Shown: positions 38,301 through 50,296 of the stretch, one piece after another
Numbering within the stretch: position 1 is the first letter of the stretch
Layout of the letters: each line of letters starts with the position of its first letter
DNA from: Podarcis filfolensis
Lineage: Eukaryota
NCBI GenBank assembly: GCA_964270895.1
Contig: OZ185446.1
DNA: 64,000 bases
Direction: 5' to 3' (one strand)
Made by a program: the position numbers and the translations under genes
Notes under the pieces: model-generated
What the model saw: the letters and a program-made list of their open reading frames with translations, nothing else
Told to the model about the DNA's origin: nothing
The model's database searches: none

Positions 38301-41163
38301 GAGCTCCTTGCTACACTTGTTCAACAAGCATTTCCAGCTCTTTGGAAGAGCTGCCAAGCCGATCTGCACTGTATGAAGACAACATGCAGTATGTGAACAA
38401 AATAAAACTGACTGAAAGAGCAACCAACCAAAACAATATATAACATTTTTTTCCTTATTTAAAACTTTGTTGCTGTGAAATGCTTCTCTTTGTATTGCAC
38501 TGAATAAAATATTGATGCTGCAGATAGAATGAAGAATTCATTGTCCAGTAGCAAATACCTTGTGTTAGATGTGCCAGAAAGTCCTTTAAGGATTTACAGT
38601 AGGACTTAAGATCTCCCTGTTACATTCCACTGGCTAGAAAATTGGTGCCTTTAGAAGGGGAAAGAGCCTAACCACCAGTTGATATTATGTTTGGGGTAAG
38701 TCTTTGTATGCTGAAGTGACATTTTGATGCTGGGGTTTTCTGGGCGGGGGAATGGAGATACTTTTGAAGTCCTCTTGGTCTCCCTTTTGTCTGTGAAACT
38801 GCGCATATAGATTTGTTGTGTCAATTTCTTTCATTGATTGATGAACTAGCTGGCTTTATAGAGATGGCTATTTACATTTGGGTCACCATTTATTCTTTAT
38901 TATAATTAATGGTAGTATCATAGCTGATTTGCTCTCATCTCATAGCTGTTGTTTTTGGGGTTGTTTTTTAATGGATGCTTGTTCTTAAGAGTTTTAAGTG
39001 AAATTTATGGTCCAATGTGTATAATTCAGCTGTTTACATTTTATTATATGCAGATTATGCTGTTTTAATCTTGCAAACCCACTTGGGACTTAGATGACTT
39101 GCAAATTATTGCAGATTGTTATTGAAACAAATATTAACTATGAGAAGTCAAAAGTTAATGGTCTTTCCAAAAGGGAAGGCCAAGTAAACTTCGGCCATGG
39201 GTATGGATAAGTATCTTGGGATCTTGTTTCATGAATCTACCAGTTAGGAAGTGCAGGACAAATTAGCAAAGGTCAAAGCAAAGCATACAATAATAACATT
39301 AATTGGATTTTTCTACACAAAAGGAAGTAAATTTGTTCCAGCAACCATATGCATGTAGGCTGCAAAAAGTTGTGACCCAGATTTTGTTTGGAGCCTCAAT
39401 CTTGTTTCCAGGATTCAACTTTTCTTTGGAAGGAATTCAGTCTTTCTTAGAACTATACCTAAATGTGTTGCTGGTGCTGCTTTTAATTTGGAAGTCAGTT
39501 TTAGCTCATTAAGTAGCTTGGCATGGACATACTCAATTCATTATTGGTTTCAAATTTGCTCCTTTACCTCTTCCAACTCTCTGGTCTGTCAGGTGCTGCT
39601 TTGTGTCTTTCTGGAAAAGCGAGTTAAGTGGAAAAAACTGCTGCTGGTTTTTCTCCTGTTTTCTGCTCTCACTGGAATTAGTAGTTGAATAGAGTATAAA
39701 TATATAGGCGGGCAAGAGCTACATCTATTAGCTAGGGGAACATCTACTGTACGTCATTGGCCCTGGCTTCATCTGCTTCTAATAATGGTGTGTCAATACC
39801 AATGCCTCAGTACAGAAGAGTATTTTATTGGACCATTTTAATATTAATTCTTCAAAGAGTTTAGATGGCAGAATTGCTAGAGAGCTTTCATTTAAAGATA
39901 GAGGCTGTCCATGTAACCACACAAAGACCGAAAGATCTTACGTGTTCTTTTACTGTAGTTTTTATCAGGAGCTTAGAGAATGTATTGTATATCCTTTTAT
40001 ATGACAGCTTCCTAGTTGATCTTATTACAGAGCAGGTGGCAAAATATCGGAATGGCGTCATATTTCTTGTTCTTAGACAGTGAGGTTTTAAACAATTTGT
40101 TTCAATGAGGCTGCGATTTTGTATTTTGTCTTTTTGACCTGTTGATCATAATAAACATCTGAATATCTAATTTAGGGGTCATGCCATATATATGTTTTTG
40201 CTATTGGCATTTGCTAGAAGTTTGCCTTTTCAAATCATCGTATTTATTTATTGCAGTATTGATATTTTACTTTATTAAATTTGTATACCACCCTTCATCC
40301 ATAGTTCTCAGGAAGGTTCACAGCAATAGGCTGTAATGCTTTCTTGAGGGCGGGGGAAGTCTTATAAAGAAGAGCACATCCTTTGATAAGTGTTATATTA
40401 ATTGTTGAATTGTTTCTTCTTAATATCTGCAATACTTGACTTTTCTGTATGCAGGGTAGTGATGGAATCTATTATATTTTGGTCCAAAGTGCCAACAAGG
40501 TATCTGGCAGTGTTGGATCTCCAGTAGCAGTGGGAGGAACTCCCCCCAGGTTGTGGGTATAGTGGCTGCTGCAATAAGCAAATGACTGGTTGAGCATGGT
40601 GTTAAGAAGGTATAAACTGTACTGTTGGTTCAGTGAGAGGGAATTGATCAGGTCTGAACAGCAACTAATGCAATTGATACAGCTCTGGGAAGCTATAGAT
40701 CTTTATATTCTTTCCATGATTCCTTTCCTCCTCAAACCTACTCTGACTCTAGGAACAAACTGCATCTGGGATTCTGCCATGCCCAAAAGCTTTTCCATAG
40801 GTCAAATTGGGGAGTCTTGCTCCAGCTACGCCATCACCCCCCTTCCACTAAAGCATAACCTCTGTATACAAAGCCATTCAGAACGGTGGACTTGGTGCCC
40901 AAGCCCCATATAATAACTATTTCTGTGAATTGTTCCTGGAAACAAATTGGGAGCCAATGAGATCAAACAAAAAGGGAATGACATGATCTTTGTAAAATGT
41001 ACCTGGAAGCAATCTTGCCACACCATTCTGCATCAGCTACACTTTCCAAACCCTTAGAGCACATTTCAGGTGTGACAGGAGGCATGGTACCTCTGGTGGG
41101 GGACATGTGCTCCTTCTGGAGTAGTTTGGCTACCTTTGTTCCCCACCCTGCACTCACCTGTGG

Positions 41164-41610
41164 CTCCTAGAAGCTGCCAGCATGTGACAGTGGCCATACC
41201 CCGGGAAATGGATTTGACTGGCTCGCTAAATCAGGTGAGGGTTGCCGATTGGTCTCAACCCTCAGTGGATCAAGGACTTCCCCTGCATGCGATGACGGGA
41301 TCTGGTTGAGTAAGCGGATGAAACCGGTAGTTGGTCCAGTGCTCAAGAAGGTGGTTTATGCACGTGCTATAGAGGGAAGTGAAATGCAGATGGGGCTCAT
41401 CGACCTGGGAAGGTAACCCATCAAGGAGAAGGAAAACTCTGATCCTAAACCTCCACTGCCTTGCCTCCTTCCGCCAACTCCTGCAGCCAAACATACTGTT
41501 CTGCTTTCCTTTGGAACACACCAGCAAGGCCAAGAGGGGGCTCTTGTCGTCTGGGCAGCCCAGGACCTCTATATGCACAGCCCCAGGCTTGTGCCCTGGG
41601 GCGAGGTCAC
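41164..41610 (+). mobile_element. Non-LTR retroelement 5'-part fragment (RTE/Vingi-like, family not firmly identified), copy A
   Basis: Aligns along its length with the reverse complement of 54281-54827 (ctcctagaagctg.cagcatg...cccatcaa..agaaggaaaa.tctg.tcctaaac...gaggtcac). Confidence 0.7.
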
Positions 41611-43999
41611 AGGTGTAGCACTCCATTGGCCAAGCTGGATATTACCAAGGTATATTTGATAGTGCTTTTTAATTGTGACATGTTGAACTGTGTACATGTT
41701 ATACAAACATATATCATGGTTAATTCTTATTGTAATTTTAAAGATAAATTTAAAATGTCATGATACGGATAATTAACACTATAATATAGTTTGAAATTTT
41801 TATTGAAAGAAACAAAAATCTGCTAACTCCAAAATTCCAATTATCAAAAATAAAGGAATGATGTAAAGTGAATTTACTTTTTTTTTTTTAAATGCATTTG
41901 TGTTTGTCAGCTAGTCATACTGCAAAGGGAGAAGTCGTAGCCAAACTAAATGATGGTCTACAAAAGAGAGAGCTTAAAAATGCCTTCTCTGGCATCGTGT
42001 TTAAAAAATACTTTGTTTTATAGCAATCTGAAGACCACAGAAGTTACTAAATATAATCTTTCCCAGGCAACCAAAATGTGTGCTTGGAATTTCCCCTTAT
42101 GCTTCCAAATGCCTAAAATAATGTATGACTCCTGGAATCGTTAGAAAAGGTATCTCCCCACAGAACCACAAAGTCCATAAGCTGCCAAAAGAAGCCCAAA
42201 TCAGCATGTGGCAACTCATTGCCATAGTTTCCTTTTCTATTGGTCTTAAATTAGATTTACCAGGCCTTAAACTGCTGAAATGTTTGCTAGGCCAATATGT
42301 TTTCTGGTGTCATTTCTTATTCCAAGATAGCTCTCAAAATACTGTGGCTCCGTGTAATTAGGCTTGCATAGTTCTGTGGGTTCTGTGCTTTGAAAGGGAT
42401 CTTACATAGCATTGGAAAGGAAAACTGAGCCACACGGAATAGATTGTATTTGTGTGGTTACTTGTACTTTATGTTTCCCACCCTTATGCCACCACATACA
42501 AGGTTTACTATGCCTGTCAGCTGCGTGCATAGGAGGGAGCTGCATTGTGGTAGGAGGCATACTTCCTCTACTCAAATTCAAATATGCTGTACACTATAAA
42601 TGGAAACAAGACAGCAGCTTACTGCTACTGCTGTTTTTCAAAAGCTTGACAAAACCCCATAACATGCTTCTCTGAGCCAGTTAAGTATGGTTATTCTGTA
42701 ATGAGCCTAGAAGTTGGCAGGAAATAAACTAGACTTAATAGTTGTAGTCTGATGGCCTTTTGAGAGTTCATGTGGCGCTTTCAGGTTGGTGAAAAATCTG
42801 GATGTTCTGTCCTATGAGATATAGGCAGCGTGCAGGATTGCTGGACACTGGGAAGATAGCACTGGGTGAGCTTCATGGTAACCTTTGTGACAAACTGATT
42901 GAACTGTAGAAGAACAGCCTGTCCTTCGGCTATGAAACAGGGCTGCCCCTGAGTGTTCTTCTACTGAGAACTGGTAAGGGCAAGCAGACATTTAAAGCAC
43001 AGCTGGAACTCGCATCATACTGAAGTTGGAGATGAAAGCTCTGCAGTGGTTATGGCATCACTTCTGGAAAAGAAGTCTCTTCCTATGCCACAGTCTACAG
43101 ACTTTTCCTCTGCTGATCTCAGTTGGAAATGGCTCGGTGGGTCAGTTATGTTCTTGGTTTGCACTCAGCTGTCTGTATTTAGGTTAACTTGGTGACCTTT
43201 CCTTCGATGATGTGCTGTACTTTCCATATGACTTAATGCACATCTAATGTATGCTTTACCCTAAGGCACTACATGTTTAGAGTAAGAGTGAGTCTTATCT
43301 CCTCCACCCCAAATTATTCAGTCATTCAAATTTATGTTGGGAATTATGAACATAGAACCAGGAGCCATTCCAATATTAATTTGTAATAAAAATTGAGATA
43401 TTATGTATGTCTGAGTTTTTGGAATGTGTGGCTTGAGTTTTCTTACTTGGTTTTGTTTGTTTTCAGTGTGCTTCAGCTGATATGTATATGCAGGGATGGT
43501 ATGTAGAGCAGTGGCCTAGGGAAAGAATTACAGGAGGAGGAGGAGCTGCCAGAGCCCCCTTTTCACACAACTACTTGCCAACATTCCTGTCTTCCACGTA
43601 GTCCAAGGGAAGTATCTGGGGATAGTGACACTTGAGTATCATGCTCTGCCATTTTGCTAGCACTACAACTAGCTGTAGTTTTTATATTTTATCTTTGGAG
43701 CAGATAATCTTTGGAGACCCATAATTCATAAACCTTGCTTGTTTAGCCTTGAGATGATTCTGATTAATTTGCCCTTCCATAGGAAGAGATTGTAGGAAAC
43801 ACATTTCTGCTGCAACAGCCTGATCAGAAGGCTATGGGTGGAATTCAGTGCCATGCTATTACAAACAGTCCCCACACTGTTCTGGGTGTTCTCCTGACCT
43901 CCCCAGAGCCAATTTTGTGTGCCAGAGAAGGACTTTCACTGACAGGGTGTGTTAGGTGAATCCTGACCTATTACTTTTCACCTTCCTATTGAAATCCTG

Positions 44000-44316
44000 T
44001 TGTCTTTGTACATGGAGTTTTCTTGGCAGGGATACTGGAGTGGCTTGCCAGTTCCTGCTCCAGGTGGATCACATTTGGTCAAAACTCTCCACTATGATCT
44101 GTCCATCTTGGGTGGCCCTGCACGGCATAGCTCATAGCTTCTCTGAGTTATTCAAGCCCCTTCGCCACGGCAAGGCAGTGGTTGGACAGTGTTCTCGAAG
44201 CTACCAGCATGAGTTTGACCAAACTGTGGGAGGCGGTGGAAGACAGGAGTGCCTAGCGTTTTTTGGTCCATGGGGTCACGAAGAGTCAGACATGACTAAA
44301 CGACTAAACAACAACA
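44000..44316. mobile_element. Bov-B (RTE) insertion: inverted 5' UTR (44000-44180, minus) joined to the 3' end (44181-44316, plus)
   Basis: 12-bp TSD ATTGAAATCCTG at 43988-43999 and 44317-44328. 3' end ccatggggtcacgaagagtcagacatgactaaacgactaaacaacaacaa. The minus part begins cactgccttgccgtggcgaaggggcttg, the Bov-B 5' end as recalled. Confidence 0.85.
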
Positions 44317-44363
44317 ATTGAAATCCTGCGGTGGCTTCAGTTGTTTCCACAACTTTGAGGTTA

Positions 44364-44742
44364 AAGGTAAAGGTAAAGGGACCCCTGACAGTTAAGTCCA
44401 GTCACGAACGACTCTCAGGTTGCGGTGCTCACCTCGCTTTACAGGTCGAGGGAGCCGATGTTTGTCCGCTTTCGCAGACAGTTTTTCCGGGTCATGTGGC
44501 CAGCAATACTAAGCCGCTTCTGGTGAAACCAGAGCAGCGCACGGAAACGCCATTTACCTTCCCGCCGGAGCGGTACCTATTAATATACTTGCACTTTTTG
44601 GCGTGCTTTCGAACTGCTAGGTTGGCAGGAGCTGGGACTGAGCAACAGGAGCTCACCCCATTGCGGGGATTTGAACCACCAACCTTTTGATAAGCAAGCC
44701 CAATGCTCAGTGGTTTAGACCACAGTGCCACCCGCGTCCCTT
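44364..44742 (-). mobile_element. Sauria-type SINE, full length, second subfamily
   Basis: 13-bp TSD AACTTTGAGGTTA at 44351-44363 and 44743-44755; head GGGACGCGGGTGGCACTGTGG; (ACCTTT)n tail; diagnostic differences from the other two copies. Confidence 0.93.
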
Positions 44743-45554
44743 AACTTTGAGGTTACATCACTGCAATATAATCTGCACATGATGAAGTCTAGTCACAGAA
44801 AGTATACAGTACTACAAAAAAGCATACTGGCAGAAATTGCTTTTGCTACAACCGAGTAACATAGCCAGTCCTCTGGAATATATGTCTAGAAAACCATTAT
44901 TTATTATTTCTACTACTACTGGCTATTATGTAACTTGGTTGTTACATTGGATGTAGCAACACAGTTAAGTGTTTTGGCTCCGCAAATCACAGTTTGCAAC
45001 ATTTGCCTAGACTGCGGCATTCAGATATCCTGTTACTGTATTTACCAAATTGTGCTTTGGCGGTTGGGAATGCTCTGCAGGCTTGCACGCCCCACTCCCT
45101 GTTCCCCTTTGGACTCATTTACTTCTTTCACTGCCTTTCGCTGTTTAGCAATGACTGTGATTCATTGGGGTATCTGAACCAGCATAACCACAGCTACTGC
45201 TAACAAAAGTTTGTTCTCAAGCAATAAAACGATGCTAAATTAAACCAGGATATACGCCTAGTTTCCATAGTTTAGTTTGAGAACCAGTGGTGGTCAGTAG
45301 TAACTATATACCAGTTATAAACATCCTGATATAAGACGTTGGGTAGAGAAAGCTAGAGAAACTCATAAATTATAGGTCTCCTTTGATTGCTTCTTTAGCC
45401 TTGAAATTCTTCTGGTTAAATTGCCACAAAGGGAGGGAAAATATGCATGGGAGGGAGAAGCGGTAATGAGGAGCACACAAAACTAGGATGTGTTCTAATC
45501 ACTGAAACATAGTTTGATACTCAATCAGAATAATGTCTGAACCAAACCTGCAAC

Positions 45555-45677
45555 CAGGGCTTTTTTTCAACTGGAACTCACCATCATCTCTCAGGTGGAC
45601 ACTACTGCCATTATAAGAGAATGAGTGAGGCATTCACGGTGAGTTCTGGCACCTCTTTTTCTAGAAAAATAGCACTG
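45555..45677. mobile_element. hAT-superfamily MITE (123 bp)
   Basis: Perfect 8-bp TSD CCTGCAAC at 45547-45554 and 45678-45685; TIRs CAGGGCTTTTTTTC / GAAAAATAGCACTG. Confidence 0.88.
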
Positions 45678-48600
45678 CCTGCAACAATTCTCTGTATTTG
45701 AGAGAAAGAAAATCCTATTTTAATTTCTCCCATGAACTTGTATAACTTGTATGCTGGATAATTAGCACATAACTTTTTTTATCATGGAGTAGCTTCAAGA
45801 TATGGGAAGTGATTACTGTGTGTCTGTGTCTACACTTTTTGAAATCAAGTGTAGCCAGGTTTGCATGACAGGGTGCTGTAGTGCTTAGAGTGCTGCTGAG
45901 CCGGCACAGAGGAGACCCAAGTGTAAACCCACATTCAACTATGAAGTTTATATGGTGACCTTGGAATAGTCACTATATCTCAGCCCGGAACATCTACAAC
46001 TGCCATATTTAGAGTTACTGTTCTATATATATTTAAGAATAATACTGGAGACTGAAATCTCCTTTCAATTAGGATTGTGGAAATGTGATTCTCTAGTTAC
46101 TTTGGGGGTGGAATTTATCTTCTGATACTTAAGGTTTGTGTAACAGAGTATATGGAAAGTGTTAACATAATTCTACTTTTTGTCGTATATTATTGCAATT
46201 GCAAATGTTTGGCACTCTCACATATAGATTGTGTTTACCTGCACTAATTCTTTTCCAGCTTAAAAACTGGCATTCTTTAATTCTAAAGTGTCAGTAGAAG
46301 TCTCTAATAGCCTTTTCTCTTTAGTTCCGAAAGAGTGCTCAGTGTCTTCAAATACAGTTTCTATATGAATTACTGAAATTGGTAGGATCTGTTGAGATAG
46401 CGGTTTATGCATCAAGCATAATATGGACAATCATAAATTGTTTTGAGCAGATGAATAGATTTCTCCCTCTAGTGTTTCTTAAATTAATGCTGATGGAATT
46501 TGAATTCTTGAGCACTGAAGCTGATATTGATATCTAATTCTTAGTTTATCATTTATATGTTGACGGAGCAAAACAAATCTGTTAATATTAACGGATTGCC
46601 TTCTGTCTTCCATATATGGTTTGGTTCACATGTAACACCAACAGCTGGAAATTATACCCATATGAGTTCTTCCCATGCTTTGGAGCTATGGGAAGAAGCC
46701 CTGTGCCCATCCACTTCCCCTCTCTGTCCACCCTCCATTGTGTATTCCACTTCAATTAGGATTGCAGTCCTAGTTTGCCAGTTTGGATGTAATGGCAAAC
46801 TATGGTTTGATCAAACAAAGAAGCAAAGTACCTTAGTACAGAGCTCATTCATGTACTGTCAAGATGTGATTTGGCATTACACATGAAGCAGCTCAATGTG
46901 TCTCCCTCTTGTGCCTGTCCTCTAGTTTACTTTTCATTTCTTTTGCTTTGAGCTTTTTTGAAAGTATTTACTTTTGATCTGTAATTTTGCAGGAAGCCAA
47001 TCTAAGGCACTTCCCCACTTCTCTAAATTTGAGGTGAATAAGCTATGGGAATATATCATGCCAGCCAAATGCATACAGCATTGGGAGTATTTACTTCACT
47101 TTTAAATAAACTAAATGATTCATATAGACCATGCCAAGGTGTTTTCTTGTCTTTACAAATGTTATTGCTGAATTTGTAAATAAATGTGAAAATTCATTCA
47201 TCCATGTTTAAAACATATTCTTGTGTAATGTTCAGGTTTTCAAGATTGGGTAGTTGTAATCTTGGGTTATTGTGTTTATATTATAACATGCATTATTCCC
47301 TTGATGTTGATTTGTTTATTGTTTTCATGGTCCTTATCAGGAAAGCAGGTTTACAGTCCATTATATACTTTGTACCTCAGCATTCAGCTAGACATTTGTG
47401 CCATTTTCTAGTAGTACTTTATGTACTATTTTCTCAGCAGAAAGAAAGCCAATCTGCCAAATATTATTTTGAATATAGATCTTTTATAGAATTACCATTG
47501 CCCACTGCACTACCTACTTTCATAGCTAGTTCTTCTGGTTATATTAAAGTGCATCCAGTTCACGATTTGGTTCAGATACTGAATTCTATCAATAAATGTT
47601 TCCACAGTTGGCACAACTCTTCTGCATGTAGTAAAGATATATCACATCTTACTCCTCTGAGCTTGCAGAATGAATACCTTTATTTTTAATTAGTTACTAT
47701 GACTTTTTAATGTCCAAATGGTAGGTGGCAATGTGTTTTTTGGAGAGAGAAGGGGAAGTAAAGCTTTCCCTCAGTTTTAAATAAAATAATGATTTCAAAC
47801 AGTATAACAGTACAATCCTATACATCTCTACTCAGAATTAAGTATCATGGAGTTCAACTCCAGAGTAAATGTGTATAGGATAGCACCACTGCAGTCTATT
47901 TGTTTAAAAATAACTGATGATAATTTGCAATGTTTTATTAAAGTGTAGCACAGCAACAGATGCTTTTAGCCTTTCTGCAGATCATGCTGGCAATCCTTTA
48001 ACAATCATTAAGAAATTGGAAGGAAATTGTTTGGCTGCAGCAACAAAATATATACTCTATGAAAACTTGTTCTGGTCTCTTAACTATGCTTAAGAAAGTG
48101 CTGCTTGCTGATTCTGTCTGGATTGGTGATTAATATTAGTAGTTTTTAAAGTATTTTTTAAGACGGCAACTCAGTTTTAAGAAATATTAATTAAGGCTGT
48201 ATGAATTTACCTGAGAGTACGCCTATGGTATGTAAATAATATTACACACGCGAATGTAATAAATATGAAAACAGAAAAGTACATTTTTAAAAAAGCATAT
48301 TTCTAAGGAAGACTATGATTTTTAAAAAGTTTTTTACAGCAACAGAAAAAATAAATACAAAAAAATGAGAGAGCATAGGCATAAATATTTAGATTTCATT
48401 CTGCAGCTACTGTTAATTCTGTCAGATACTATGCTCATTTACCTGTTTTTTGGGGGGAAAGGGGCATTCATATATCAAAACAAGATTGCCCAATTGAGAT
48501 TATTCTCTCTCTGCCTTTCCTCTAAATAAAGCTACCCATCTCTATCTCCTCTAATACATCCACTATTACACTGTTTCCTGGTGATGGCTATCTGGTAGAG

Positions 48601-49882
48601 GGACAGAGTGCAGAGTAGCAAGTGAGGGGGTTTTCTGTAGCTAATGGTGCTGGCATCCCTCTTGTGGCTCATTGAATTCCTTCCGAGGAAGGAAGAACCA
48701 TTTGCAATGATATAACGGGACAGAGTGGTTTGGTTGCTGCTGGAACAGCAGAGACAGGGTTATCGTCTCATCTCTTGCTTGGGGCTGCTGCTTCACCTTC
48801 TCCTTGGTGCCCCTAACCTCCAGACAAGAAGAGCTGAGGATGGAAGAGCTATCATACTCCCTGTGATGCCTTCTTCACCCACTTCTCACTCACTCTTGCC
48901 CAGGTGGGAAAACAAGTAATGACTGACACCCACCCCCTTCCTTAGCTCTTTTGCACAAGATGTGCTCTGCTAAGGGAGGGAAAGAAAAAGTGGGAAAACT
49001 CAGGATTTATATTACTCCTAGGTGGCTGCTGCATGCCATCTGCAGTGGAGATTGGCTCGGAAGTGAGGGAGAGGCACAGAAGTGATTAAAACTCCAAATG
49101 AAAATTGTTGGAACAAATATAGTTTATATGTGCGTATATATTGTTGGTTTTTTATTTTGGTTGCAATCGCTGCTGAAGTTTTGTGGTCACTCTTATTGGT
49201 TGAATGATATTTTGATTATTAAACTTGTACATTTCAACAGCAAATTTTTTTTAGAAGGATTTTATCCAGAATCTTAAAAAAGATTGCATTCCTATGTCCA
49301 TGTTTTTCAGATATTTTATTGAATGATATAATTTATTGCCTTCCCAGGAAAAATTCCTCAAAAAGTATATAAATGCAAAATTTATAAGGGCAGATTATGC
49401 CAAAATGCTCATTTTGCCAGTGACAAGTACCATCCCTCTGGCAAGTGGATTCTCTGCAAATATGAAGAAGGAGAGGGTGTTTCGTTTTGTTTCCCTCTGT
49501 AAAATCATAGTGAAGGAAAACAGACACATCCCACTTCCCCACTTCCTAACTATAAGCATTGGGGAAGAAGTAATATCCATGCTGCTGCTGGCATTCTCTG
49601 AAGACCTGCAGGAGGTAGAATAAACTATTGACCCTCTCCCAAGTGCTCTGAACATGCTAGAGAAGTTGGAGCTGGGTGGATGGTGGCAACCACAAACGAA
49701 AGATGGCTAGCAAGCCAAGCAAAAGATGTTTGGATATCTGTTTTATGATGTGATGTAAAACCATGTTTTTAGGAGAAATGGACAACATTAAATTTTTTAT
49801 ACCTTCTTTATTAACAATACTACTTTGCATTTATTACACTACAATAAAACATTAATAGTTTCTTATACATCAGAAACACTGA

Positions 49883-50094
49883 GGGCTGTATCCAACAGAG
49901 TTGTCTTGTTGGTGCAAGAACTTCCCCCCTCTTCTCCCCTGGCCCAGATATCTTCTGGAGTTTCCCCACAACTCTCCAGAGCAATTTTTGGGGTGTGTCT
50001 GTCTGTGTGTGCTGGGAACACGGAGGAGAGGGGAGGTCAGGTTCCATTGCAGAAGTCTTTATGTGAATGAGATGACTTCTGTTGGATACAACCC
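49883..50094. mobile_element. MITE-like element ending about 106 bp before coding exon 8
   Basis: Terminal inverted repeats gggctgtatccaacaga / tctgttggatacaaccc. Confidence 0.7.
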
Positions 50095-50200
50095 TTTATT
50101 AATTTTTAGTAGCAGCTCATATTAACGCAATTTAAATGACAAAAAAATCATTTTGCATAAACCTGATGTTGCATTTTATTTTGCTTTCATGCTTTGTTAG

Positions 50201-50296
50201 AAATATAAAGAAAAGGATAAACATAAACAAAAACACAAGAAGCAATCAGAATCCTCACCGTCTCTGGTTCCTTCTCTAACAGTAACTACAGAGAAA
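50201..50296 (+). CDS. MLLT10: MLLT10 coding exon 8 (96 nt): Lys-rich, NLS-like
   Basis: ctttgttAG|AAA TAT... = KYKEKDKHKQKHKKQSESSPSLVPSLTVTTEK; donor AAA|gtaagt. Confidence 0.96.

Noticed and set aside
47186-47689. 167-aa ORF
   Set aside because: No recognisable domain, non-ATG start, hydrophobic composition expected from AT-rich non-coding DNA.
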